NCBI GenBank assembly: GCA_001949185.1
Contig: BDGG01000006.1
Location: forward strand, 1,284,827-1,348,826
From: Ramazzottius varieornatus
Taxonomy: Eukaryota; Animalia; Tardigrada
DNA length: 64,000 nt
Reading direction: 5' to 3'
Of the stretch, positions 25,481 through 37,754 are shown piece after piece (position 1 is the first letter of the stretch; each line of letters begins with the position of its first letter). The position numbers and the translations under genes are program-made. The notes beneath the pieces were generated by a model. It worked only from the letters and a program-made list of their open reading frames with translations, made no database searches and was not told the origin of the DNA.

Positions 25481-27842
25481 CGAGGGGATTTAGCCAATGC
25501 TCCAGTCTTATTTCACAAACTGAAACGACAGAGAGGTAGAGGAGAGTTTTCTCTATCGACTGGGAAAGACCAGGCCGGCAGAAAAAAACCCTGGAAGACA
25601 CAACAGGAAGCGGAACTGACGTCAGAATCTGGGCGGAACATGGTAAAGATAGAGACCAACAAGGAACATAAGTTTTACAGAAATGATATCTCTCGTAAAA
25701 ATGATGGAAGCACAATGGAGCCTTACACCAGCCACACTTCAACAGCAACGAGCGGTTACAGTCAACACGGTCTTAAGGACCAACTAGTCCATCAAAGCAA
25801 AATTCCGCAGGATTTACGTACTTGTAAGACCTGTCAATATATCCAGACAAATGCCAGGCTTGTGCGATGAGATTTTCAAACCTACGAGAGGTGAACTGCT
25901 GATAGATCAGCGAATGCAGCTTGAGAATAACGATGGTGAACCTGTACAGGTTGATCGTTCAGAAATATCCAATTTGACACCTTTCGAAAGTATCCTTTGT
26001 ACATCCGAAAACACAGCACATCTAGAGGCTGGATCTGGCCGGTGACTTTAGGAGGAATCGTGATCATCTCGTACTCCAGCTCCTCTGGCTTGACTTCCTC
26101 TACAGCTTCTTGTCGGCCAAGAATCTGCCAGGAACAAGCAATGTCCGTCCATTTGTGGGAAGAAAACCTTTTCACACCATTCGACGAAAAGCCCCTTTGT
26201 CATTTTGCCGGATGTTGATGCGGTAACGTGAAGGTTGCTCGCACTAAACATCGTTCTTCTCACGATCGGCCCGAAGACACTTTTATCTTCCTGCAGTGTG
26301 ATGAAAAGAACGGGAAGGCACTTTCGAGCACCTGGTGAGACACACATCATCACAGTGTAACTGTGAGTCATGGAATTCTCAGATCGAGTGAGAGCAAGAA
26401 CGTGCTTTGCGCCCACCAAATCCAAAGTCCGCCCTAGCCTTATCTCGTATTCGAATCCAGACTGATCAGCGCTCCTGAGGCAGTCCAGTCCATATGCTTG
26501 AATCCTTGATCTGACAAGAGTAACACATTCTTCGGCACTCTTCTTTCTATCTGGTTCTTCCTGCAGATACTTTTCTGTCACAAACTTGTTGATTTTGCGG
26601 TCGCAGAAAGCTTCGTACCCAAACCGCAAATTAATTCGTTGAGGAATATTGACAACAAAAGGTTAACTCAGGCGTCCCTATCACTAAATAAAATTAGAAC
26701 ATATAACATAAAATAAAATTAGAATATGGCACTTGCCGCTTAAATCTGCTAACCCAATATGACGACGCTACAAAACCAGGAAGGCCGATCTCGCGATTCG
26801 CGGTGACAGCCCATCGCCGGATGTCTATGTCCTTCACTACGTGAGGCTTCTGCTTGGCAAGACAGAACTGTCTTCCAGTCTCCAGTCGTAACGCCTCCAG
26901 CCTATCGATACGCGAACCATCGTCTTCTACCTGCCGCTCCTATTCATTGAGCTGACGCACACTGGTGACTTTCTTAAATAAGACTTGAAAACTTGACAGG
27001 CTACGTCGCCTCTTTGTGATGGCATTACTCCAGAATCGTACGGCGCGTTTTTTGTAATCGAGATCAGCAGCTTGGCTCGACGGCACTTTTGGATCGGGAA
27101 TTCTAGGCACAAACAGCTCATGCGAAGAAGGTTCAGTTGCGCTTGAGTCAGGTTCTCCAAGGCGATCGTTTGGGGTTGGCTCAAAATCAGCTTCGCGATG
27201 TCCAGTCAACAGGTTGTTTTCTGCGACAGTCTTTTCGAACTCTTCGAACGTCGGCATACTGATCTGTAGCTCGTACTGAAGAATTGTCCTCGAGGGCCAA
27301 GATCGGACTTCCAGCTTGGTTGATGTGAATATCCAGGAAGTCAGCAAGCGAATGATGGATTCGGATAGGCTTCAAGTATATACCTTATCAACAAGCCTGC
27401 TATACCTTTGATGAGTGCCTTGTGCAACTTGTCATGGTCACTTGGAGAGTCGTTGGGTTGAAAATCCTGTTCATGGTCCATCTCCAAAAGCTTTAGGATG
27501 TTCAAGGGGTTAATAGGATCCATGTCTGAGATAACTGGAGGAGACAAAACAAGAAAAGAGAACGAAGTTTGACACAACAATCAAAACTGTGGTGATCAGC
27601 TGCTCTTCTACCCATATAGTGTGACGGACCAATCAAATAGCGAATCAACCAGCACACAATCAAATTACTTGACTGATGCCAATGTTCCGCCTAGATTTTG
27701 ACGTCACTTCCGCTTCCTGTTGTGTCTTCCGGGGTTTTTTTCTGCCGGCCTGGTCTATCCCAGTCGATAGGGAAAACTCTCCTCCACCTCTCTGTCGTTT
27801 CAGTTTGCGAAATAAGACTGGCGCATTGGCTAAATTTTCTCG
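25481..27842 (-). mobile_element. Tc4/Tc5-like (pogo-related DDE_1) transposon, 2.36 kb, degenerate
   Basis: ~160-bp TIRs (25481-25641 vs 27682-27842). 3-bp TTA TSD in a C-TTA-G context (25478-80 preceded by C; 27843-45 followed by G), the CTNAG rule of Tc4/Tc5. Transposase motifs SADQSGFEYE..RTL, NSMTHSYTVM, ASTSGKMTK, FLADSW, IPPKVTGQIQPLDV and C-terminal CGWCKAPLCFHHF...HFC. Frameshifts and an AT-rich interruption at ~26620-26760. Confidence 0.88.
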
Positions 27843-28263
27843 TTAGTTAAGAGAGTTTCCAAACACTCTCCGTGGGCGTGTACTAACTTGCGCACTTAGA
27901 GGTGTGCATGAGGATGAAGACTGCTGAAGTAGGAGTTGCAAGACCTCTCACCGCTCGAAAACTCTTTTACTCAGAGGGCTTTCAGTGAGGTCAAAGCAAA
28001 TCGCAATAGGTGAACGGATGCCCCAAAGATGAGTACAGCAGCTCATCCTATGCATTGTCGTTGTGGATTAGCCACTTTTGCTCAGCTGTTAATTGATTAG
28101 TTAATCGTTCGAAATCCATATCAAATTTCGGATTTCTAAAACGCGAAAATCTTTTAAATTTAACCGCACTGCTCAGTGCTCGCCATGCTCACACTGCCGG
28201 TTATCTGCGACTTGATTACTTGATCAACCCAGGTGAAGCACGGTGTAATGGATGTGCTATGTA

Positions 28264-28597
28264 CGAGGGTAAACGACATAATTCGGGCATACGGGGTTCT
28301 CACTCGTAGTTCGGGCATACTTTTTGTCAGCTGCTGCTGCGCGTAATGAACCGCTTCTTGTTTCCTGAGGTAGATTAATCCTTCTCCCCGAGCTTTCAAT
28401 AGGTTCGAGAACGGGAAAGCGTTGTAGATTACGGGGATTTGGCCTGGGATAGAGATGGTTCTGTCCAAAAGCCTAATGTTGTATCAACACACGTACGATG
28501 ATAGATGAATCAAGCGTTTAAGATAATGTTCAAACCTTTCGCGTTGTCCGAATTATGGTGCGAAAATCGATATCCCTGAATTATGTCGTTTACCTCG
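28264..28597. mobile_element. Mariner-type MITE (334 bp)
   Basis: TIR CGAGG(G)TAAACGACATAATTC at both ends (1-nt indel), flanked by TA at 28262-63 and 28598-99. Confidence 0.75.
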
Positions 28598-28703
28598 TAG
28601 TTTTGGCATTAAGCTTGGCATGCAGTATGGTGGATGAATGGCGGGCCTAAGCTAAACTGAAATCCGAACATATGGTACGTGTACGGACTTCGAATGACCG
28701 GAC

Positions 28704-29614
28704 TAGTGCTGGGATAAATACGATAAAATACGATATGATATTTTCTGATAAATATCTCTCAGTATTTACATTTCGGTTTAGATATGAACCGATATTTCGA
28801 TATGATACGTTTCTGATTTTATTATTGATATATCGAATTTTATTGCGGTGATATATCGATATATCAAGCCAGTACCATGTTGAAAACTATCGAAATCAAC
28901 AAAAAACTAAAGACAAACCAAAAGGCTGTCGTTCACTACGTTTGAGTCAGAACAAAAGTCAAGTGTCTTTGCTTAAGCGAGTGTGTTCGTTGCTTAATCT
29001 ATCAAGGTCTGTCGTTACGCACCTAGGTACGCTGACTGTTCACTTCTGAAGTCAGCTTGGATGCGTGTGCGCGATACACTACGGGCGGGGGTGTGCTTCC
29101 TGCGCGGTACCGAACCGGAATATTACAGAGATTAAGTTGTCACGCCGGTTCACTTTGCAACTGTTGCTACGGCCTTGCTCCGCCACTTTCGGGACGTGTA
29201 ACTACATTTTGTTTTCCGGAGCTCCCCGTATTTTCGAGAAGTAGCGTAATCGGAGTTACGGTTAGCTAGCATTGAGAAGCATGGTGGCTGGCCAACTATT
29301 CAAAGTTCTGATCAGTTGCTTTGCTTATCAGTAACGTTGCAACTCGTTTTAGCTACAGTCGGACTTTCATCTGGCGGTGGCAACTTAATTTGTGTATTGA
29401 CTTCCGAACTTCCGATTCTCAAGTGCGGGTTTGCGATCTATCGATATATCAGGAATATATCGATGTACAGCGATATGATATTCTCATTTAGCATATTCCG
29501 CTCAGCGATATTCCGTTCATATCGATATTTCGATATGATATTTTTGTCATATCGAATCACTGTGATAGGATATATTTCGATAAGATACGATATATCATAT
29601 TTATTCCAGCGCTA
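28704..29614. mobile_element. hAT-like non-autonomous element with subterminal CGATAT repeat arrays
   Basis: TIR TAG(T/C)GCTGG(G/A)ATAAATA. Flanking direct repeat ACCGGAC(T) at 28697-28704 and 29615-29622 (7-8 bp TSD, boundary ambiguous by 1 nt). Dense CGATA/TATCG motifs at 28720-28865 and 29435-29600. Confidence 0.8.
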
Positions 29615-29866
29615 ACCGGACTGCACCAGTACTGCCACAGTTCAGTACGAAGCGACCAACCAGGCTGTATAACCTAGATCAAAAGAGTACCAGCTGAAAA
29701 AAACATTCATGCGTTGGAAAAAAGGAAGGAATCCGGATTTTTGCTCTGGTTGGTCGAAAAATCATGACGCCACATCCGTCATACTTTTCCTATAACGATT
29801 TTCAAATCCTTCAGGAATCACTGCTTCGCGCACTTTGGTGGTTCACAGTTATTACGCTCTTCCCGT

Positions 29867-30511
29867 TAGTGATGTTGTAATATGGGTTAGTGAGATCTAA
29901 GATAATAAAATAAATATCCACCTTCCATCATAGTTCTAATAAGTGACCACTACTACAATAAAACGTCTGCCTGATTCAATAAAATACTATTATAGTAGAA
30001 CTTTCGGGGGTTTGTTATTAGAAAAAAATTTAATATCGGAGAGCTCGACGGAAGATCCGAAGATTCAGAATCACAACCATCAGATCAGCAAGAATACTGT
30101 AGTACAGCTTGCACCCTGCAACTGCACACTGTGACATGGCAGGTTGAAGTGTCAGACTATGCAGGTGCACAATGTTTAAGGGTATTTATTTTGCAGTAGC
30201 CCTACTGTGCTGCTGTAGAGGCATCATTATGGTGTGGCGCACTTTATAAGGCGTGGTCGCACATTGAGAAACCAACGCACCAGCATCAGAACTCAGCAAA
30301 TCAACCAGTTTTTCGAATTAGCGGTAGCGTTACCCGTATGAAATACATTTTAATATAGATGATGGACAACTTAATAATAATAAAAGCTACTAAAATATAA
30401 ACATTAGAATGCAGTGCCCAATTCTGTTTACTAAATATTAGTAAATACAGTATAGTAGATGCTCAAACCATCTACTACGATCTACTTTAATATAGTATTA
30501 CTACATCACTA
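29867..30511. mobile_element. hAT-type MITE (645 bp)
   Basis: TIR TAGTGATGT(T/A)GTAATA. Perfect 8-bp TSD CTTCCCGT at 29859-29866 and 30512-30519. AT-rich subterminal TACTA/TAGTA motifs. Confidence 0.85.
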
Positions 30512-30801
30512 CTTCCCGTGTGGTACGCGTCTGTTACTCACAAAAGTATTGGCCATCACCCTTGGCAAACGGATTTACGACCATTGACAACATTTTTCCG
30601 AAATATCAAGTTATGCCAGTGTGTTGAACTTGTTTTCGGTATATGTCATAGTTTTCTCCAAGTAACATTTCCACATTCCTTGCATATGTAGCCGTCCAGG
30701 TCCCGTCTTCAATAATAGGAGTTTTTGATGCGAAAAATGTGTCGGGAATGTGACCGTGTTTGTGGAAAACGTCAGTGGGATTTCTGGATTTGACTAAAAC
30801 T

Positions 30802-30942
30802 TAGGATTGTTAATGGATGGATAAACGGCTAAACGGACGGATAAGCGGATTGATAACAACTTATCCGGATACTGCTTGGATGGATAAAAGTGTTATCCGT
30901 ATCCAGTTACTTGGATAAAACTATTATCCGGCTACCATCCGA
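30802..30942. repeat. GGATA/TATCC motif cluster, probable truncated hAT (Ac-like) terminus
   Basis: Starts TAGGATTG and carries ~10 GGATA/TATCC(G) motifs in both orientations; no partner TIR found. Confidence 0.4.
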
Positions 30943-31285
30943 CTAAAATTTGCCGCTCAGTTATTGGAACTATGCTGGAAGCGGTGTTGAACAGGTGCTG
31001 GCTTCTCAGTACTCGATAAAGTAAAGCTTTCTGGCTGTTCTGCCGTAAAGATGCTCTTTATGGATTTGGAGGCGATGTTTCAGAGCATGGAAAAGGCCAT
31101 AGACACAATAAACTCATGAAAATTTCTCTCGAAAGTCGTGTAAGCCATTCGGCTGTCTTCTGCAAACTCGGTAAGAAAACGAAACTAATAATGTCAAACG
31201 CGATTAAGGAGAAAGCAAAATCTTTGAACAGTTCGATGAACAACATTGCGTCGTGATGCCTTTCGTAGGCTGCTAATAAAGTTGG

Positions 31286-33318
31286 TCATTTGTCCATCGA
31301 CAAAAGATCAGGAGTTCCGGCAAGAACATGCTCTTCTATGCCGCATTCGTTGGTACCGCGCAGGAACTTGACGAACCCACCCTCGCCCCAGCCAGTGCCC
31401 CAAGAATTCGCAGCAAGCCAATAAGGAACTCCGTTCTCCTTTCCCCACCCTATGAGCTTGATTGAATGACCAGACAAGTACCGTCCTGTCACATGCTGGT
31501 ACACTCCTAAAAAATGGTCATTATACACATCCTGCCAACACTTTTGGACTACTGCATTCAATCTCTGAGTTTAACAACGTAAACGATGGTTGCTTTCTGG
31601 TTTGAAGCAGTGATTACACGTAGTGTTCACAGTTCTGCAATTGCCGCGTGCTATTGTTCGAATTTCAGAATGGCCGTACAACTTGGAGGCGAGACGATTA
31701 GATTACCGTTCAATCAATCAATCAACTTCGAAACCAGACGGAAACCGTCGTTCACATTGTACTTCTATCAAGTCAGGCCCTAGTTAATGGCTGTTGCCTA
31801 TATTACGTTTTACCTGATTCGTACTTTCGGAAATCCTCGTAGATCCCGAAAGACACTTGAACAGGCCAGTTTCTGTAAATTTCCGATTGAATATCGTCGA
31901 TATCGGAAGAGATTCGGTAAGCATTGGAACCTACATCAGAGTTTGATATATCCCAGTCAAGAGACGAATTCGTTCAGCCATGGCGCTGGAAAATTCAAAA
32001 TTCAAATGTGACAACCAGCTGGGGAACGGCAATTCAGACCGGGGTGTTAGCCGTGTATGTACGCTGCACCCATAGCGTCGTTACGTAGACGAAGCTGGAT
32101 TTGCCCAGGTAAGCCAACCCGACTGCAAGCCGATGGCCACATGACGGGCAGCACATACGAACACCAAGCTGTTCGTCACATTGGCTAATGCGCAGCGCCA
32201 TAGCTGAATTCGTTATTCAGTCCACAATACGAAGACCCTACCATGGTGCTTATCTTGCTCATAAGTACCGCTGTACTGCTGGTCGCACTGCTGGACGCAT
32301 TGTGGGGTAAAATCAACTGACGACAGAAATCTAGACGACCTTGAGCCATTGAGTGATGGGATGAAGTAAGGGCGGCACCCGTATTGGCTGTGGTATTCTC
32401 CTCCTGTCACGATTCCAGACTTGACCCAGTACGCCCACGCATAGTCTGGAATACCACCACCGCAACTAGAGAAAACAAACAGCCGTTATGGTCTGAGCAG
32501 CATTACTTGCGCCATTATAGCTGCAGCTTGAGAGCTCAGAACTGTCTGTGCGCGCACTGCGCAGTCGCACTTGCCCATATCCACAGTAAGTACAACAGGA
32601 AAGCAAGTCGAGCGCAGATAGACGAACTTGTGTCGTGCCTCCAGAAGAGATGCAAATTCGATCGGACATGGCTTCCACGGCACCAAACGCCTAAGAAATC
32701 ACTGTACGTACGCTATGTCAGTCAAGCCATGTTTCAATAGGATATTGAGCCTGCACATAACTATATTATAAGCTACTGTATTACCCAACACGCCCCACAC
32801 CATCCTTGATTTCTGATCTCGCGGATGGTGACACAGTTTGACCAGTGCTTTCTGGCGTCGAACTGTTCGGGCAGACCATCGATTTTCACCGTCTTGACAG
32901 TACTAAGTGGGGATTTATAGCCGTAATGAGGAGGGATAACGCCAAACATCCGATCCACTGTGGAGACAGGCAGTCGGTCCAAATAGTTACGGCCAGCCTG
33001 CGTAGGAAGGCAGTCACCTTAAGTCACGCACCTTCCGACGTTCTTTCGCAAACATGATACAACGCGGAATCTGATCGTGCTTACTTTACCTTCCAGGTGG
33101 TGTTAAGTTGGTTGATGAACCTGCATAGAACACGGCGGGTTTTGATTAATTAATCCTATACATGTAAGTCAGAACGAAATCTGGCATTCTTACTTGATCA
33201 TATCGCCAGGGGCTGGCCATCGTGGTGACGGCTGGAGATGCTCATGAGCAGATTCGTTCAAGTGGCATGTCACTGTGTACCAGGGCACGATCACGACAAC
33301 GATCATCGACAGCCACAT
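31286..33318 (-). CDS. Cathepsin B-like papain-family cysteine protease (7 exons)
   Basis: Signal [18 protein letters not shown] (ATG 33318). Propeptide [15 protein letters not shown], then [14 protein letters not shown] and catalytic [11 protein letters not shown]|[25 protein letters not shown]...IYEDF exon (~31813-31930). [10 protein letters not shown] and YWLAANSWG; stop at 31286. Confidence 0.95.
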
Positions 33319-34879
33319 CTGAAAACCGAAACACAATGTTGTATCCGTCTCGTAGCACACTGTGTTTCTGGAAAGTCAACCACACTTCTGGACTTCTGTC
33401 ACTGCCAAAGAACTACAGTGACGCCAGATGTGACTGCCTGTAAATGTAAAACAATACTACCAACATACCGCCTGAATGCTCTTTCCAGCAAGTGCAAGAG
33501 GAATTGACCGGACTGCCTATGTTCAATGTGATACTGAAGACAACGCGAAACGCTAGAGGTTTTCACTTTAGATACTGTATACTAGACAACGCGTGGCGCA
33601 CAAACAACCGACCGTAATGGTCAATGCATCAGGTCACGGTCAGCTTCGTGAGAACTGACGAAAAAGGGAAGATGTGACGTCTTTTGATGAACATGGACCA
33701 GATTATCTCCAGATACGCTTGATGGAAGTTCAAGAAAGGAGAAACTGCGACGCCAAAACAGTGGTATTTCCGAGAAACATTGGACCCATTGAGATTTGAT
33801 GGTTATCTCGTGCAGTTTGCATCGCGGGGTAGTCTTCAACCAAGAGTGACCAAAGGTTGTGACGCATTTTATAAGGCTTTATCTACCGGTGAATCGACCA
33901 CTGCGCTAGCGGCTCCGCAGAACGCTCTGACACTCCTTTGGTCTCTTGGTATCCCGAGGAACCGATCAGAAAAACTTACAGTGTAAAACGTATTAGTATA
34001 TGAAAGCAAAACAACTTTCAAAGTTGAAAGCTGGGAGACAAATCGCAAAAAGTGATGTGAAAGTTGAACTGGTAAATCGGCAGCAGACATGTCTCTTTTG
34101 TTCACAACTGAAGCTCTGCCCAAAATCACAAAAAGGGTGAAATTCGCGAAATTTTGCGAAATGTCATGCATGCGCAGGCATGCGCATCAGCTGGCTGTGA
34201 AGCGCATACAGCATACCCCCACTATGATCCGCGAAGTTCTTGAAGCATCACCAGTGGATACTATGGGTGGCGTCAAAGGTGTCCGACTAGGCGTGTCAGT
34301 GTCCGCGGCTTTGATTGGCTAAATCTGAACGCTAACTACCACGGCTGATTGATCAAGTCAATTGACCACCAAGATGAACCGATCAACTGGANNNNNNNNN
34401 NNNNNNNNNNNNNNNNNNNNNNNNNNNNNNNNNNNNNNNNNACCCCATACTATTCACTGAGCATCACAGTACGTACAACCTTTTCGTATCGGTTCGGCTC
34501 ATGACGTCATGGCCGTGGTTGTCTGCCGCGACAACGCTGACGCGTCCGGTATCGCCGGGCGATGCAGTCTGATCAGATCGGTAAAGGATCTCTATTAGAT
34601 TCCAGTTGAGGCGCTGTTGGCGTAAGAGACAGTTGGAATAAAGGCAAAGGTAGGAGAAAAGAACATTCCAGAGAACTTAATTTCGGGCATGATGCTCAGG
34701 ACCGACGTTGTTGTAGAAGGTTGCGAGTAATTCTGCGACCAGGAACTTGGCTAAGCCATTTTTTTAGCATGTGAGGAACCAATATTATTCAAGAGCTTTC
34801 CCACCGCAAATACCGTACATCTTTGGAAGAGATCGCATTTGACAATGACGGCATCCGACTACCCAACATTGTAATTATA

Positions 34880-35921
34880 CAGGGTGTTTCCGCCAAGTGA
34901 CTACCACCTGCAACATTCATCTCGTTTCGTTCAGACAGTTCGTTCAGGTATAGCTCATTCGCATACATTGAGCTTTAGGCTGGAAAAGTTGATGAAGATG
35001 ATTTCCGGTGGGGAAGACTTCTCACCACGAACAAGAAAATTGTCTCCGGAATTCGATGTTTAAGTACTCATCCTCAGGCTGGTTTTATCGAACTCATAGC
35101 TACCTGGGCTACCATTGAGAACTGAAGAATTTCGCAGGAATATCATACAATCGTTACAAATGAATTAAAGCCGTCGAGTACACCCGTTTTACCGGGAAAC
35201 CACTCCTCGTGGCAAAAGTCGTAACTTACGCTTCAAACCAAAAATTCAGGCTTCCGACTACTCTTCATGTAGCCTGGTCTTTTTACTGACTACTGCTACT
35301 GTTGACACCGCGAGAAATCGTCCGAAAGCTGGATAAAAAATTTTCAAAATAGCCTCAGAAGCCGAAAAAGTGGTTGACTCACGGGAAATCGCTTTTGCAC
35401 AAAGTCTTCTTGCAGTCAAGCTCCACTCAGTGTAATCAAAAGAGTTCCTACTGTGAACAGTTCATCGGGTCAGCTACCCGCTTATCCTTTTACTTGTCGG
35501 TAAACGATCAAAACCATTTCCAGAAACCTTGTTTTTAGGCGTCCGCCCTATATTTCGGCCCGATTCCATTAAATTTGTTGTATCATTCAATCGAAGAGTA
35601 GTGCAACGACACAGTATATCTTTTTCGAGAGGCAAACTACAGCTAAACAACTTCCAATCAACAGTTTAAGCGCAAAAGTGGAGACCAGTAAAAAAAGAGG
35701 GAAGGAGTGAAAACGTCGCCCCGAAGCAGCTCCGCGCTCGCCCCTTCCCGAGTCTCGGGTCGAGCTTCGACTTCCTATAAACATTTCTGCAGGACAAGTT
35801 ACTTTGAAAGGTGTCAAAGGGAGTGCTTAATCAACAAACAATGGTTTTGAGGATGAATACACACTCATTGGAGAGAGCCCTGAAAATCACAAGGTGGTGG
35901 TCACCTGGCGGAAACACTCTG
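34880..35921. mobile_element. Tc1/mariner-type non-autonomous element (1.04 kb)
   Basis: 30-bp TIRs CAG(G/A)GTGTTTCCGCCA(A/G)GTGAC(T/C)ACCACCT with 3 mismatches. TA TSD at 34878-79 and 35922-23. No transposase ORF. Confidence 0.8.
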
Positions 35922-37754
35922 TACTTCCGAATTCTTTGAGGTGATACTGGACCTGTTGCTTTCATTTTATCCATACAATACCCATGTCCCATGGAACCCA
36001 TTTTTTTCGAATAGTTTTCCATGAAAACATGAGGTTCGATTTTCATTTACAAACTGGAGACACAGCGCCAAATCTAGAGTAGTTGAACTTGTATTCGTTT
36101 TAAAAAGCTATACGAGGTTCCGGTTAGACCCTTTGTTCGTCTTAAAGAGCTAAGCGAAACGACATGATGGTCTCCGGCGCAAATCTTACGGCTGCTCCAT
36201 TTAAGTGCAAAACTATTCATGTTTGAGATCTTCCGATAGTGCAAACCGAGCTCACAAGGGATTTATGTCAATCGGTCCACTTCGATCCTGAAACCGGTAA
36301 GGCAGAAAGATAGAGGAGGCTCTGATCTATAGGCTCAGATAGACTGAGTCCGGGTGAGCGCAAACTGTGCGGCTTCCGGCACGGGCATCCCGCCGATCAG
36401 CTGACCGCCTAACGATCAGTCAACAACATGAAACTTCATTACGTCAAAGAGCTCTGATCACATCATCGGGACAAATCTGTACGACAGTTGCTCCCCTGTT
36501 CCAGAATTTGGCCAGGACGTCCAGGAATAAAATTCGCCGTTTTAGGTGGTGACTCTGGAAATCTTACGCGCTGCTCACGAGAGAGTAGGGGTAGCGGCCC
36601 CTAATATCAAAATCTGACGTGATACTTGAATGCTCCCCAAGAACGAGTCCATTGGTGAACATACCGGAGACTGACACGAGTGGAGATGGACAGATAACCC
36701 CAATGGGCTAATGAGACTGTGGATTAGTTACTCGAGAAGTTCTGAACCAAAGTTGGGGACGAGGTGTTTTCAGACGATGCCGTCATCACGGAGCTCCAAA
36801 ATTCCAAGCTTCTGCTCGGGTGACAGTCTACGGATGTCGACTGGACTGTAGCAGTATACGGCGGTGTGTGAACTGCTTTCCGGGTTACCGAGTGTGTGGA
36901 TAACCTCCTTGCAGTAAAATCAACACGTCGCGACTTGATATGTTTAGCCGTACCTGCAACCGGCGAGAACGTGTTCGAAATGAATCTTAATGTTACGGGT
37001 CCTCACTCTTGACAGTGTCGGTGCTCCTGACATTCAGGCGTCGAGATAACCTGCCGGCTGAAGGGCTGCATCGCACCTGCGAGTTGTCTCTTCGTCAAGT
37101 TGCCTTGATCTGTTAGGTGACCAGCTGGCAGTCGCATCCACCTCTCATGTCCTTGTTTTAATCAACCTCGCATATGGTGGTGCCAAAGTAATGACCGGCG
37201 TAACTGATCGTCAGGGCGTGATCCAGTCCGACAAGCGTTTTCTTTCGGTTGTATATATATGGTAATCTGAACAAACACAATGCAAAGGCCCATGATTGAG
37301 CAAACTTCTTATCATTCGCTTTGCTTCTAATGTCGCTATGAGAGTTTTGTTTTTTCATCTGACTTTAACACTAGTTTTGCTTTGCGATATATGTCACCGC
37401 TCTCCAAGCGTCATCTCAACCTCTCAACACCTGAGAAACTGTGAAGAAGACAATTTGTCAACGTATGTGCAGAAACTCCAGCAACGCCAGCAACTCCAGC
37501 TTTCCGGACATCATCGAGAGTGATGGCAAATAGTAAAGGGTCCATTACCGATGGAACCGTTAATAGCAGATTGAAAGTTCCAGTATGGTTAGTATTACGG
37601 TCTGAGTAATAAACCAGTAGGTTACGTAAGCTTGCTGTGGGGAATGGCAGACGAGAACAGAAACCGTCATTAACGTCAGTACCAGAAACCTTTGGCTGAC
37701 GGTGAGACCGGCTACAGCTTCAGCTTGTGCAAGCATTTATGGTTCATTAACAAA

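Noticed and set aside
37318-37590. Signal-peptide-like short ORF (MRVLFFHLTLTLVLLCDIC)
   Set aside because: Hits stops quickly and has no homology cue; cannot be supported.
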